A DNA stretch of 64,000 nt from a virus: the IMG/VR virus record IMGVR_UViG_3300031553_000001, positions 1 to 64,000 of that record. The stretch is one strand, 5' to 3'. The position numbers were made by a program, and so were the translations under genes. How positions within the stretch are numbered: the first letter of the stretch is position 1; every line of letters begins with the position of its first letter. The notes beneath the pieces were generated by a model. It ran no database searches, had not been told where the DNA came from, and saw nothing but the letters and a program-made list of their open reading frames with translations. This document shows positions 29,724-38,991 of this stretch, piece by piece.

Positions 29724-30589
29724 CTAATCTCTTTCCATTCTCCAACAAAATATTATAAGATTTCCAGCGTTATCTTTATATTTTCTGGTAAACTTCCATC
29801 TACAGATAAGTCCGTTAGTAGCCACTTCTGGACATATAGCATCCCTATCATTGGCCCTTTGTCACCTCTCTCTATCTCTTTGTATCGCCTGGTGTTTTTC
29901 GTGTCTTTGTCTTTTGTGAAGTCTATGGTCTCTGGCATTATGTATAATCTCCTCTATTGTGGATGATACCATCTCCACGTATGTGTCCTGGGTAGTGGCT
30001 ACCTCTCTTGAGATGCTTGGAGTATGACCAATGTATGCCGTCTCTGGAGTATTCTTGTACTCTACCAGATGCAGTATGTACTATCTTGGTGTGGTAGCTT
30101 TTTGGCTTGTAATTTATCGCTAGTGCATACCACAATATGAGGATGGTTATGATAGCTAGTATTATCAATATTAGTTTATCCATTGGAGTGTTGCCTCTTT
30201 ATCTCTTCTCTCTCTTGTAGCCACTTGACTAGTGTCTTGTCCGCTTGCTGGTATGAGTAGCCCTGGTCTTTGAGCGTATTGAATGCTTTGGTGTTGCTTA
30301 CCCTGTGGTGGAGGAACTGCTGATGCGTGTTCTCTACCTTGGTTTTCCATCCCATATGAGTTAATCCTTTCCAAACAGGCCTTGCTTTTATTATTCCTCT
30401 ACTGCTACTGCCTCGTAGGTCCGCTCGAAGTCGGTTGGCCAATGCTGGTGTGCTAATAAGTGGCTGCTTCAAATATTCTGTGATAGTGGTTACCACTAGC
30501 GCCAGGAACAGTGCCGCTTTGATTGATCGAAATCCATATTGTCAATCTCCATATCATAAGCTTTACAGAATGCCAGGAATTATACCTTA

Positions 30590-30676
30590 ACCGGTCTGGA
30601 CTGGCTGGGCCCAGACCGGCTTTCACGAAAGGAGGAAAGAGATGAACAGGCTCACCGGTCGTCACGCGGCAACCCG
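30590..30676 (-). ncRNA. Candidate sRNA with anti-Shine-Dalgarno tract
   Basis: Begins just after the promoter motif, contains TCTTTCCTCCTTTC, ends in a 9-bp hairpin (30591-30619). Confidence 0.45.
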
Positions 30677-30693
30677 CTACTATAGTAAACTTG
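30677..30693 (-). promoter_or_regulatory. Phage promoter motif CAAGTTTACTATAGTAG
   Basis: One of five near-identical copies, all at gene boundaries. Confidence 0.7.
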
Positions 30694-30882
30694 AATACTA
30701 TCAACTTTTGTCAATGAATATTGGAATCCGCTCATCTGGTTCCAGTACCGGCTCACGGAATAGTTGCGGATAGTCCAGCATAATCTCACGCCGCCTACTA
30801 GGCCATTCCTCTGTTGTACTCATAACATACAATTCACCGTGTGGCACGCGCTTGGATTTTAGGAAGTATGTATACACAGATT

Positions 30883-31353
30883 TTACCATGCCAATTCACC
30901 ATCCAGCCTGTCAAGCTCAGCCTTCATGTCTTCGAGATTATGATCCAACAATGCTATCCTCATACGATCTGATATAGTAGAAAACTCTCCATACATCCAG
31001 ATATACCATCTTGCCATGTGTGTAAACGCATTCAACGGCATCACTGCCACCTCTAGCTTGTCCTGGCCTTTTTTCTGTGTGCGCTTGAGAATAGCCACTG
31101 GGATTGTGTATCCCTCACTGAGCGTGATTTCATTGATGGCCGATATACTGGGTGTGGATCCCCAGCACTTGCACTGGATGGCAAATGGCTCCGTATTGTC
31201 AATGTCTCTGCCATAGCCTGCTTCATCCTCTTGGAATTCCAGGTGACGTTTGGCATCCTTCCAACCTGCTTCACGCATCACCTTGGCTATGTGTCGCTCA
31301 TACGCGGCACCCTTGGTCCTACTAGTCTTACTCAACCGGATACCTCCTATCAC
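30883..31353 (-). CDS. Holliday junction resolvase, PD-(D/E)xK type
   Basis: SRTKGAAYER..GRDID..AIQCK. Confidence 0.75.
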   Translation of the reverse strand: MIGGIRLSKTSRTKGAAYERHIAKVMREAGWKDAKRHLEFQEDEAGYGRDIDNTEPFAIQCKCWGSTPSISAINEITLSEGYTIPVAILKRTQKKGQDKLEVAVMPLNAFTHMARWYIWMYGEFSTISDRMRIALLDHNLEDMKAELDRLDGELAW

Positions 31354-32425
31354 ACGTTACTGGCTGTCTAATCACCCTAACTGTAAGTCCTAGCACTTTG
31401 GCAAAAGAATTGGCACATTTCAAAGCCAATCCTCTGATTTTAGATATTTCAGCTGCCGATACCGTCCAGTCAGTCAATGATGCCATATTCTTTGTAATAG
31501 CAAGTGCATCTTTCCGTGTTCTAGTATGAGTGCCAGGCGGTGATATGAGAAGCCCGCTGTGCATATGGATGACTTGCCAACCTTGACCTGCCTCCAAAAT
31601 AGGTGCTTGTTCATCAGAAGACCAACTCACCACATTTGGTGTTTTAACGACGGCCAACCCAGGAACGATGGAGTATCCTCTCCAGTCAACCAATACCTCA
31701 CGATTTGGACTGTACATTCTACTACGCAGCAATAGTTTCACATCGATCTGTTTCATTGTATAGCTGGATACCTCTTATCGCACGTTACTGGATGTCTAAA
31801 CAAAACGTGTTCCCAAGTAGACCTTGGTGGATTGACTGTACTTCGGGTGCGCACCTTGCGCCCCATCTTTTTCACGCCAATCAGCTCTATAGCCTCCTTG
31901 ATGGCCTCACATCTATCCCCAGATGATTCTATCAACACGTATTCCTCATCACACGCGCCTTTGGGATTATACCATACGCCTGGTAATAGCTTATCACCCA
32001 GATTGTCAATAACCATCAACATTAGTGGGGATGTATTTATGCTAGGCATAATCCCTATCTCACTCAGATCACAGAGATTAACCCACAAGTACCTATCCAC
32101 TAGTGTTCTCCAAGACATCCATATTGTCAATGATGCCTTCCCAAAGCGATTTACTTATTGCCTCAAACATATCCTGAAATATGATCTCCAGCTTTTCATA
32201 ATTTGGAAGGCCATTAGGCACAGCACCATACACATCTACATCCGCCAATAGCCTGCGCCGTTCTTTTATGAAATGATCTCCATGTATGTGTAGCGTAACG
32301 CTAGATTCGACCTCGATTTCCATAATATCATCCTGTCTATGTGTGCATCCACCACCAAGCGATAAGTTCACCAGTAGCTTTGTTACAGATACGAACCAGC
32401 CGCCGCTTGAACAATGGTACTGCAA
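31328..32425 (-). other. Three overlapping hypothetical ORFs (31328..31756, 31753..32130, 32093..32425)
   Basis: Overlapping ORFs in the operon; two share a PVTCD.RYP C-terminus. Confidence 0.5.
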
Positions 32426-32451
32426 TTATATTTATCAACTGGCAAAACAAC

Positions 32452-33699
32452 TTATAGTTTAACAACTGGATGCCTCACTGTATTGTCAAACTCAGGACGC
32501 TCTAGCCTGGAAAATGATCCAGTATACTCCGCCCCTTGCTCTAGTAAACTTGAGAAGCCATTAGCCAACAGGATACGTCTTATCCCATCGTAATCCGCTT
32601 CATTCCACTGGGCATCTAGTATACTGTAATGCGCACCGCATCTATCTATTGATAAGTCCATACAATTATATGCGTCACAATATCTCTCTGATCCAAAGCT
32701 CAACAGGCTTTCCAGCTGACGTTTATTCAATATTCCAAAATTATCAATATCCAAGCATAGTTCGTCATAGTCATAGGATGGACTGACATTGATCCAAAAG
32801 TTGACCAGTTTGATAGCCGTCTTCTTGCCTATCCAACGCACGCCAGGGATGCCATCCGACGAATCTCCAAACAGCACTTTGTATGGCAAATATGCCCCCC
32901 AATTTAAGCCCGTAAACCTCCTGAACGTATCTGCAGAGAATACCTTACCAGTACTGGGGTTGATTACACACACGCGCAGGTCTACTGCTTGTAACAAATC
33001 CGCATCCGTGGTAACGATATATGGCCTGTCTTGAACCATCTTGGCAGCGTGATACATCAAATCATCTGCCTCACAGTACTTGCGCCTTATTGTCAATATA
33101 CCATGGATGGGTAGAATCATATCACACAGCTCATCCATTTGCCCGTATACGGTGCCCCAATCTACGGATTCGTCTTTAGTGCGGTGTGCTTTGTACGTTG
33201 GCACTAGCCGCTTGCGATATGGTGGAGTGCCCCCATCAAAACATACTATCACAGACCTGGGATGCCACTTCTTTATCATTGTGTAGATCATTCTCATCAC
33301 GCCAAAGAGTATGGATGTGTCTTTGCCGTGATGGGATAGCTGAACCGTATGTAGTGCTCTGTACGCTGTGTTGTTACCGTCTATTATCAATACCACCGCC
33401 CACCTCATCATCCCTGAATGTAACTCACGTATAAACTCACTATTGTTAATACACACACCAACAGAGTCAAAGGAAAACCTGACGATGATGTTACTATACA
33501 GTGTTTTGGAAATGTCTATGGCAACCTTTTCCGGATAGCTACCTAGCCCAACACCAATTTCTCTGGCCAATCTCAGATTTTGACGTTTACGTGCTGCCTT
33601 GGCTCCTGGAAAGTAGAATTCATGCGCATATTGGTTTGCATTTATTGCATCTTTGATGTTTTTGACGTACTCAGCTGCCGATACATTATTCAGATCCAT
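32452..33699 (-). CDS. 5'-3' exonuclease / flap endonuclease (Pol I N-terminal-like)
   Basis: IIDGNN, CFDGG, YKAHR, EADD, TDADLLQ, GDSSDGIPGV..IGKKTA. Confidence 0.9.
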   Translation of the reverse strand: MDLNNVSAAEYVKNIKDAINANQYAHEFYFPGAKAARKRQNLRLAREIGVGLGSYPEKVAIDISKTLYSNIIVRFSFDSVGVCINNSEFIRELHSGMMRWAVVLIIDGNNTAYRALHTVQLSHHGKDTSILFGVMRMIYTMIKKWHPRSVIVCFDGGTPPYRKRLVPTYKAHRTKDESVDWGTVYGQMDELCDMILPIHGILTIRRKYCEADDLMYHAAKMVQDRPYIVTTDADLLQAVDLRVCVINPSTGKVFSADTFRRFTGLNWGAYLPYKVLFGDSSDGIPGVRWIGKKTAIKLVNFWINVSPSYDYDELCLDIDNFGILNKRQLESLLSFGSERYCDAYNCMDLSIDRCGAHYSILDAQWNEADYDGIRRILLANGFSSLLEQGAEYTGSFSRLERPEFDNTVRHPVVKL

Positions 33700-35790
33700 A
33701 TATTTTGTCTCTTAACATACGTTCATATTGCCGTTCCAAGTCATCCTCTACATTGCCACGAAAGTTGGCATACAAAACCATCACCAACACGATGCTGCCA
33801 AGGATTAGAGGCACGGCGCACACTACTGCCAGAGATGATGGGCCATCGCCACCAGCTGATTTGGCACTCAGATCTTGGGTGACCTGCGAACCAACTCCAG
33901 CAATCAAGCCGACAACGATGGCCGCCAAGAAGAAAGCTATCAACAACAGTTTCAATTCAGAAGTCATCTCAAAACTCCTTTCTGCACCCTATTTACCCTG
34001 CTTGTCCATCAATTTTGGTTTTGGCGTCAACCAAACTTCGGCCGTTGCCGTCATCCCCGCTTTCCGAGTGACTACCATCACCGCTGTCCAACGTGCCTGT
34101 CGTGTTTGCGCTTCCACCTGTCGTGTCCTCTTGACCGCTCGACTTGTTGCATTTCTGCGTACCGCATTTACCGTCGAGGCACTCGCATCTAACTCCGTAC
34201 GCACCTCCTGCCAGATGACACTACCCACTCGAAGTAGCCAAAAGAGAACCACCGCAAGTAGTACACAACCCGCAAAAGTCACCCAACGTTTGATGCTTTT
34301 CAGGTCTCGATCTCGATCTTCAGTCACGTCAAACCTCCTCTACACTAACGTCTAGTAACCCAGCTCCAAACACTTCTTAGTTGCCACCTCTCGATACACG
34401 CCATCAACCATGTCAGCGCACTCTTCATACGTACCTATGTCCTGTTCAACGCAAACATAGATGGCCGCTGCCGCGTCTGGCCCCTGGTAGAGAACCTCCA
34501 TGGCCGCTCGCACACAAGCATCCATGTTCTTGTCCGTTGCCGAACCAGAACCAACGCCAAAATCCAAATCGGGTGTAGGCCCACTAGTTGGCAAGACCCA
34601 AGGAGTAGCGGTGCGGTTGACTTTATGGACTGATGTCAGGAGTACCCTCTTCGTCGCTGTCTTTTCAGCATAACTGTCTCCACCATCCCGCCCAACTGAC
34701 GCACAGCACACTAATAGAAGAAACAATGCTAATGAAACTGCCCCGATCAGAACCTTCATCTTGCTACTCACAACAAACCTCCTAGGTAGTTGAGCCCACT
34801 AAGCACACTGCAACCGCCCAGCAGCACGAAAAGGATGAGTGAGATAAGCATCACGGTGCCCATGAACGACACCCACCCACGAATACAATGCACCTGTTTG
34901 TACAGGTCCTTCAGTTGCTCCAACTGCCCGTGTATACTCGCAACCTCGTCCAGCAGAAGCTGTTCCGTTGTCAATAGTGGCTTCTCTTCATCTGCCTCGG
35001 CCGCCTTCATTACATACTCTGCCATCTTGTTACTCATTGCCATACCTCCTATAGAAACGAACAACACACTAATAGAAGAAACAATGCTAATGAAACTGCC
35101 CCGATCAGAACCTTCGTCTTGCTTTTCACCTCAAAACCCTCCGTCCCCATAGCTCCAGAATTCCAAAGGGAATAGCTGCCAACAAACCTACCACTATCCC
35201 TAGCCAAGGAAAATCATCAAACCCGCTGATTAGCCCACCAAGTAGGGCAAGCACTATACTGATTATCAAAGCCAAACTGACTGCCCCACTACTCATTACA
35301 TCCCTTCCCGCACGTCTGACCGTGCCTTGATAATGCAAACCACGCCCACGCCGATGATTATCAATATCACTACTGGCAGAAAGATAACCTCAAACATCTC
35401 AACCTCCAAAATTCGTGGATGCGTAAATCCAAATCCAAATAGCCGCTGCGATTATCAAGGCCAAAATACCTAGAAATGAGTTATCCCGTCGTGGCTCAAG
35501 TGGCGGCAAAAACGGATACATATCACCCAAATCGCGCCTTCCCATATTGTCAACCTCCAATTACGCTCAACAGCCTTGGATTATCAATACAAGCATCAAC
35601 ACTAATCCTATTCCAAACAGTACAGGCAATCCTATCTCACAAAAGGCTCTTTTCATAATCAACCTCCATATACACCTAGACATAAGAACACCAGTATGAA
35701 AACCGCTACCGCACAACCTACCGCCAAAGCCAAACCGCCAGAACTATCCACATCCAACCCACGCAGATTGTCAATCCAGTTCATATTCAA
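33686..35790 (-). other. Cluster of small membrane/secreted proteins
   Basis: 33686..33967, 33989..34327, 34352..34771, 34768..35067 and 35126..35338, plus shorter hydrophobic ORFs with GGAGG RBS; each has TM or signal segments. Confidence 0.6.
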
Positions 35791-36007
35791 TTCCACCCAC
35801 CCACATGGCTTACGTCAGTGAACGCATCAGCCAAGCGCTTCTTCTGCCCAACATCACGCTGCAAAAATTTGCGGTTGTTGGCTTCACATTCTGCACACAA
35901 TCGTATCCAAACCGTCTTGATTTTCTCATGTCCAGAATCCATATCAATTACATTGACCTGGATTGATAGTGCATATTGCGCTTCTTCTCCACACACATCA
36001 CATTTCA
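35787..36007 (-). CDS. Small zinc-finger protein
   Basis: MKCDVC...LCAEC. Confidence 0.55.
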
Positions 36008-36011
36008 TTGT

Positions 36012-36259
36012 TGACCTCACAAAGCCGTGCCCTGCCGTGCCATTACTCTACGTCATCAGGCTACGCTATTACTGTGCACATCCCCACGTTGCTCCACCAT
36101 TGCATTACCTGTCGCAACCGTATGCCGCTTTGCCATCACATAACCCTATACCACTGTGCCATTGCTCTGCGTCGCAAATCGTGACCCTGCCATCGTTGTG
36201 CGTCACGCTGTCCAACTATACTTCACCACTGCTATACATCACCTGGCGTGACAAAGCCA
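36012..36259 (-). repeat. Non-coding array of eight TGGY-(NN-NGY)n-NN units; candidate guide-RNA array
   Basis: Unit lengths 31,36,31,26,36,31,26,31 nt; 32 of 40 triplet slots are NGY; starts at the RAMP stop codon. Confidence 0.8.
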
Positions 36260-36883
36260 TCACTCTTCTTTTGTCATCTCATATATGATCCTCCCAAAAC
36301 CGCTGCCTCGATTCTGGAGCAGCCCTTGGTAATATCCATAATCAAATAGATTTCTCAAAACCTCCTCCGTGATTGGCCCAGGATATACACTGATTCCACA
36401 TTCAAACCAGGAGTTTTCTGGAATTGACTCACTTCTAGCCAACACCATACGTTGACCAAACGCTGTTTGCGCAGGAAGTGGACGTTCATATATGTCAATT
36501 GTCCCACCGTCGGGTAAATGTAGCGGAATCCACCTTGGTGACACAAAGACCAACTTGGATACCTTGCTTCTCAAAGCCCGTAGTGGCTTGCCAGTTGGCA
36601 TTTTCAATTGTCCATTCAATACCACACCAGCAGCCTTGAGGAAGCCCTTGACGTGATAGTCAAACAGACCTATTTCAAACTCTCCACCATCTGATAGGTA
36701 ATGACGATGGAACACCGTGGTGGCCTGCTCCAGAGCATCGGGGAGACTCTCTATCTCATCCTCTGGAATGGCAAAGTTGTGCTTCTTGGCTATGTATTGG
36801 GTAGCCACATCTCTGGTTGACTGTGATCCCAAGCATGGCGTTATGAACGTCACCTTTGCCTTATAGGTAGCTATGTGTACCAT
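36260..36883 (-). CDS. Solo RAMP / Cas7-like RNA-binding protein
   Basis: N-terminal strand VTFITPCLGS, helix motif HVKGFLKAA, C-terminal Gly-rich loop GLLQNRGSGFGR. Confidence 0.7.
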   Translation of the reverse strand: MVHIATYKAKVTFITPCLGSQSTRDVATQYIAKKHNFAIPEDEIESLPDALEQATTVFHRHYLSDGGEFEIGLFDYHVKGFLKAAGVVLNGQLKMPTGKPLRALRSKVSKLVFVSPRWIPLHLPDGGTIDIYERPLPAQTAFGQRMVLARSESIPENSWFECGISVYPGPITEEVLRNLFDYGYYQGLLQNRGSGFGRIIYEMTKEE

Positions 36884-36911
36884 CTATATCCTCCATTAGA
36901 TTGTCAATCCG

Positions 36912-36928
36912 CTACTATAGTAAACTTG
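36912..36928 (-). promoter_or_regulatory. Phage promoter motif upstream of the RAMP gene
   Basis: CAAGTTTACTATAGTAG, then ATTGACAAT, then GGAGG RBS. Confidence 0.7.
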
Positions 36929-37451
36929 CTGCCAAAGCAATATGGCCACGCCACTCTTTTTCCAGGTTTGGCCTACGCAAGACATAGGCTGGATGCCAAG
37001 TGGCCGCGTATATTGTCCCATCAAACTCATATTCCCACAGCGTTCCAGCCCACTTAGCTTCATTTCCCAAAACTGCCACAAAAGCCGTCTTACCCAACAG
37101 CAATACCATTTCTGGATCCAATCGCTCGATGTCCCTGCGCAGGAATGTGGCACATAGCCTAGCCGCTTTGGCAGGCAACTTATTGTCAATTGGATGACAC
37201 CTCACCACATTGATGTAGGCCGCCATCTCATCTATTCCCAAATCACCTAACGCACTGACTAGCAGTTCGCCAGATCTGCCTATCGGCTTGAAGGTTGGAC
37301 CAACCTTCTCCACATCTCTTCAAGGTGCTTCTTGGACCACTAGGATGCGCGGATTGGGATTGCCTATCACGCCCTGGAATGGATGCGCTTTGTCCCGAAA
37401 CAGGCCACACTCTTGACATATTGGATTGTCAATGCCTGGTTGATCGGCCAC
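36915..37451 (-). pseudogene. Family-4 uracil-DNA glycosylase-like gene with in-frame TGA
   Basis: GTG 37451: ...CQECGL...ILVVQEAP*RDVE...PIGRSG...NVVRCHP...TWHPAYVLR; TGA at 37320-37322. Confidence 0.75.
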
Positions 37452-37452
37452 T

Positions 37453-38340
37453 TTATGCTCCAATATTCCAAAATACCACTGGCTGCTCAAGATGCTCTAT
37501 ATTGTCAATCAACCACAGCCACGCCTTGGCATCATAATACTCATTACATGGAAACGGAATATCCGCATTGTCTACTCCGTCTTTGTAGGCATAATTTTCA
37601 TCTATGAATCGCAAATTGTCGCCTGGAATCACACCAGCCATCTGAGTGATATATTTTCTGGCTGCATCTTTGCTTCTGCTATAACCCATATGAGCTAGGA
37701 TAACCGCTGATTGTTCCCAAGCATTATACAAGCCGCGCACTACACCAGCGCATATAGTACCTGAGCTAATAGACACTACCCAAGTACCCTTAGCGTATAT
37801 ATCATCCGGTGTATACGTTCGTGCTTCCATTGCAGTAGCTACTACTGTCTCTTGCAAACATAACCCATTAGGCATCATCACCCCACGGTCATCAGTCATT
37901 TGAGCCAAGACCTTTTTGGCTTGATGATACAAGACACAACTACGTCCTGCCTGCAATGGAACGATTTGAGCACCTAGATTAGCTGCAACCTGCTGATGCA
38001 TGCGTATTTTATGGTCAGGAAACCAACCATCGCTAGGCGTGCCTGGCTCCAAATACTCATCCTTGTATACCGGATAGAATACGATGCACTTCAGACCTAG
38101 ATGATGACACAGATATGCTACTCCTCTGCCAGCTTTGGAGTGATACGTATCCAATACACCCATAGTTGTATCATGATTGAATTTTGTCAAATATGATACA
38201 ACTCCACGAATCTTGGAGAAGTGTGGGCCACTTGGATCAGGACAACACAAATCCTCGCGCTTAACCCAAACAGGCCAAGTGTCGTCAATATCATACTGTT
38301 CCCAAGGCGTATTGTCAATCAACAGACTGTTAGTGTCCAT
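37453..38340 (-). CDS. PLP-dependent enzyme (fold type II), DNA hypermodification decarboxylase-like
   Basis: VWVKREDL..FSKIRG (PLP lysine), SISSGTI, PFPCNEYYDAKAW, FWNIG. Confidence 0.75.
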   Translation of the reverse strand: MDTNSLLIDNTPWEQYDIDDTWPVWVKREDLCCPDPSGPHFSKIRGVVSYLTKFNHDTTMGVLDTYHSKAGRGVAYLCHHLGLKCIVFYPVYKDEYLEPGTPSDGWFPDHKIRMHQQVAANLGAQIVPLQAGRSCVLYHQAKKVLAQMTDDRGVMMPNGLCLQETVVATAMEARTYTPDDIYAKGTWVVSISSGTICAGVVRGLYNAWEQSAVILAHMGYSRSKDAARKYITQMAGVIPGDNLRFIDENYAYKDGVDNADIPFPCNEYYDAKAWLWLIDNIEHLEQPVVFWNIGA

Positions 38341-38512
38341 TCATCTCCCTGCGTAACTGCTCTTGAGCCAGGATGGCAGCCATCCTGGTTTCTAATGCCC
38401 GTTCCTTGAGATATTCGGCACGCCTATTCAGGGCATCAATTTCAGCACGCTTTATTCGCTTCCATGTAGCCAAATCAACTTGAGTTATAGTCATGACACC
38501 TCTCCTTGTTGT

Positions 38513-38685
38513 GATGGGATGGCACATCCTTTACAGGTATGAATTAAGACGTTACTACCTTACGGCACGTCACCAACTTAGACTCAACGTCACTGATATG
38601 CCAATACTCTCTACCATCCCTGTCGGGACTGGACGGGTATTGGATTACAGTCCTTGGCCTGTCACAGTCTCAGCGCCTTCCCATC
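38513..38685 (-). ncRNA. Candidate ~173-nt structured ncRNA
   Basis: 5' GATGGGAAGGCGC pairs with 3' GTGCCATCCCATC; internal stems; promoter motif directly upstream. Confidence 0.55.
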
Positions 38686-38701
38686 TACTATAGTAAATTT
38701 G
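38685..38701 (-). promoter_or_regulatory. Phage promoter motif (CAAATTTACTATAGTAG)
   Basis: One mismatch to the other copies. Confidence 0.65.
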
Positions 38702-38709
38702 TTCACGAA

Positions 38710-38783
38710 TGGACTCAGCTGGAATCGAACCAACAACCTGCCGCTTATAAGACGGCTACTCTATACCATTGAGCTATGAGTCC
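38710..38783 (-). tRNA. trnI: tRNA-Ile (anticodon UAU), CCA not encoded
   Basis: GGACTCA-TA-GCTC AATGGTATA GAGT-A-GCCGT CT TAT AA GCGGC-AGGTT-GTTGG TTCGATT CCAGC-TGAGTCC-A. Confidence 0.93.
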
Positions 38784-38991
38784 TAACCACATCCACCATC
38801 CATAGAATTCCTCGCCAGTACGTTTATCACTAGTATACCAAGATATACCCCAACACCCATTGCAACGACAACGATGGTTCCCATACATACATAACTCAAG
38901 GTAATATCTGGAAGCATATTGTCAATCTCCCTCAAATTGTCGTAGTAAGGCTTTATACCACTTCAATTGTACACCACAATCCACACAATGA

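Noticed and set aside
36012-36259. Classical CRISPR array next to the Cas7-like gene
   Set aside because: No identical direct repeats separated by unique spacers, and no cas1/2/3/5/6 visible.
35818-36288. 156-aa plus-strand ORF across the periodic array
   Set aside because: Low-complexity translation of the repeat, antisense to the operon; period 5 does not fit codon structure.
15078-37322. Genome-wide UGA reassignment
   Set aside because: Many genes end cleanly in TGA, often as ATGA overlaps, and long genes are uninterrupted; only two in-frame TGAs were seen.
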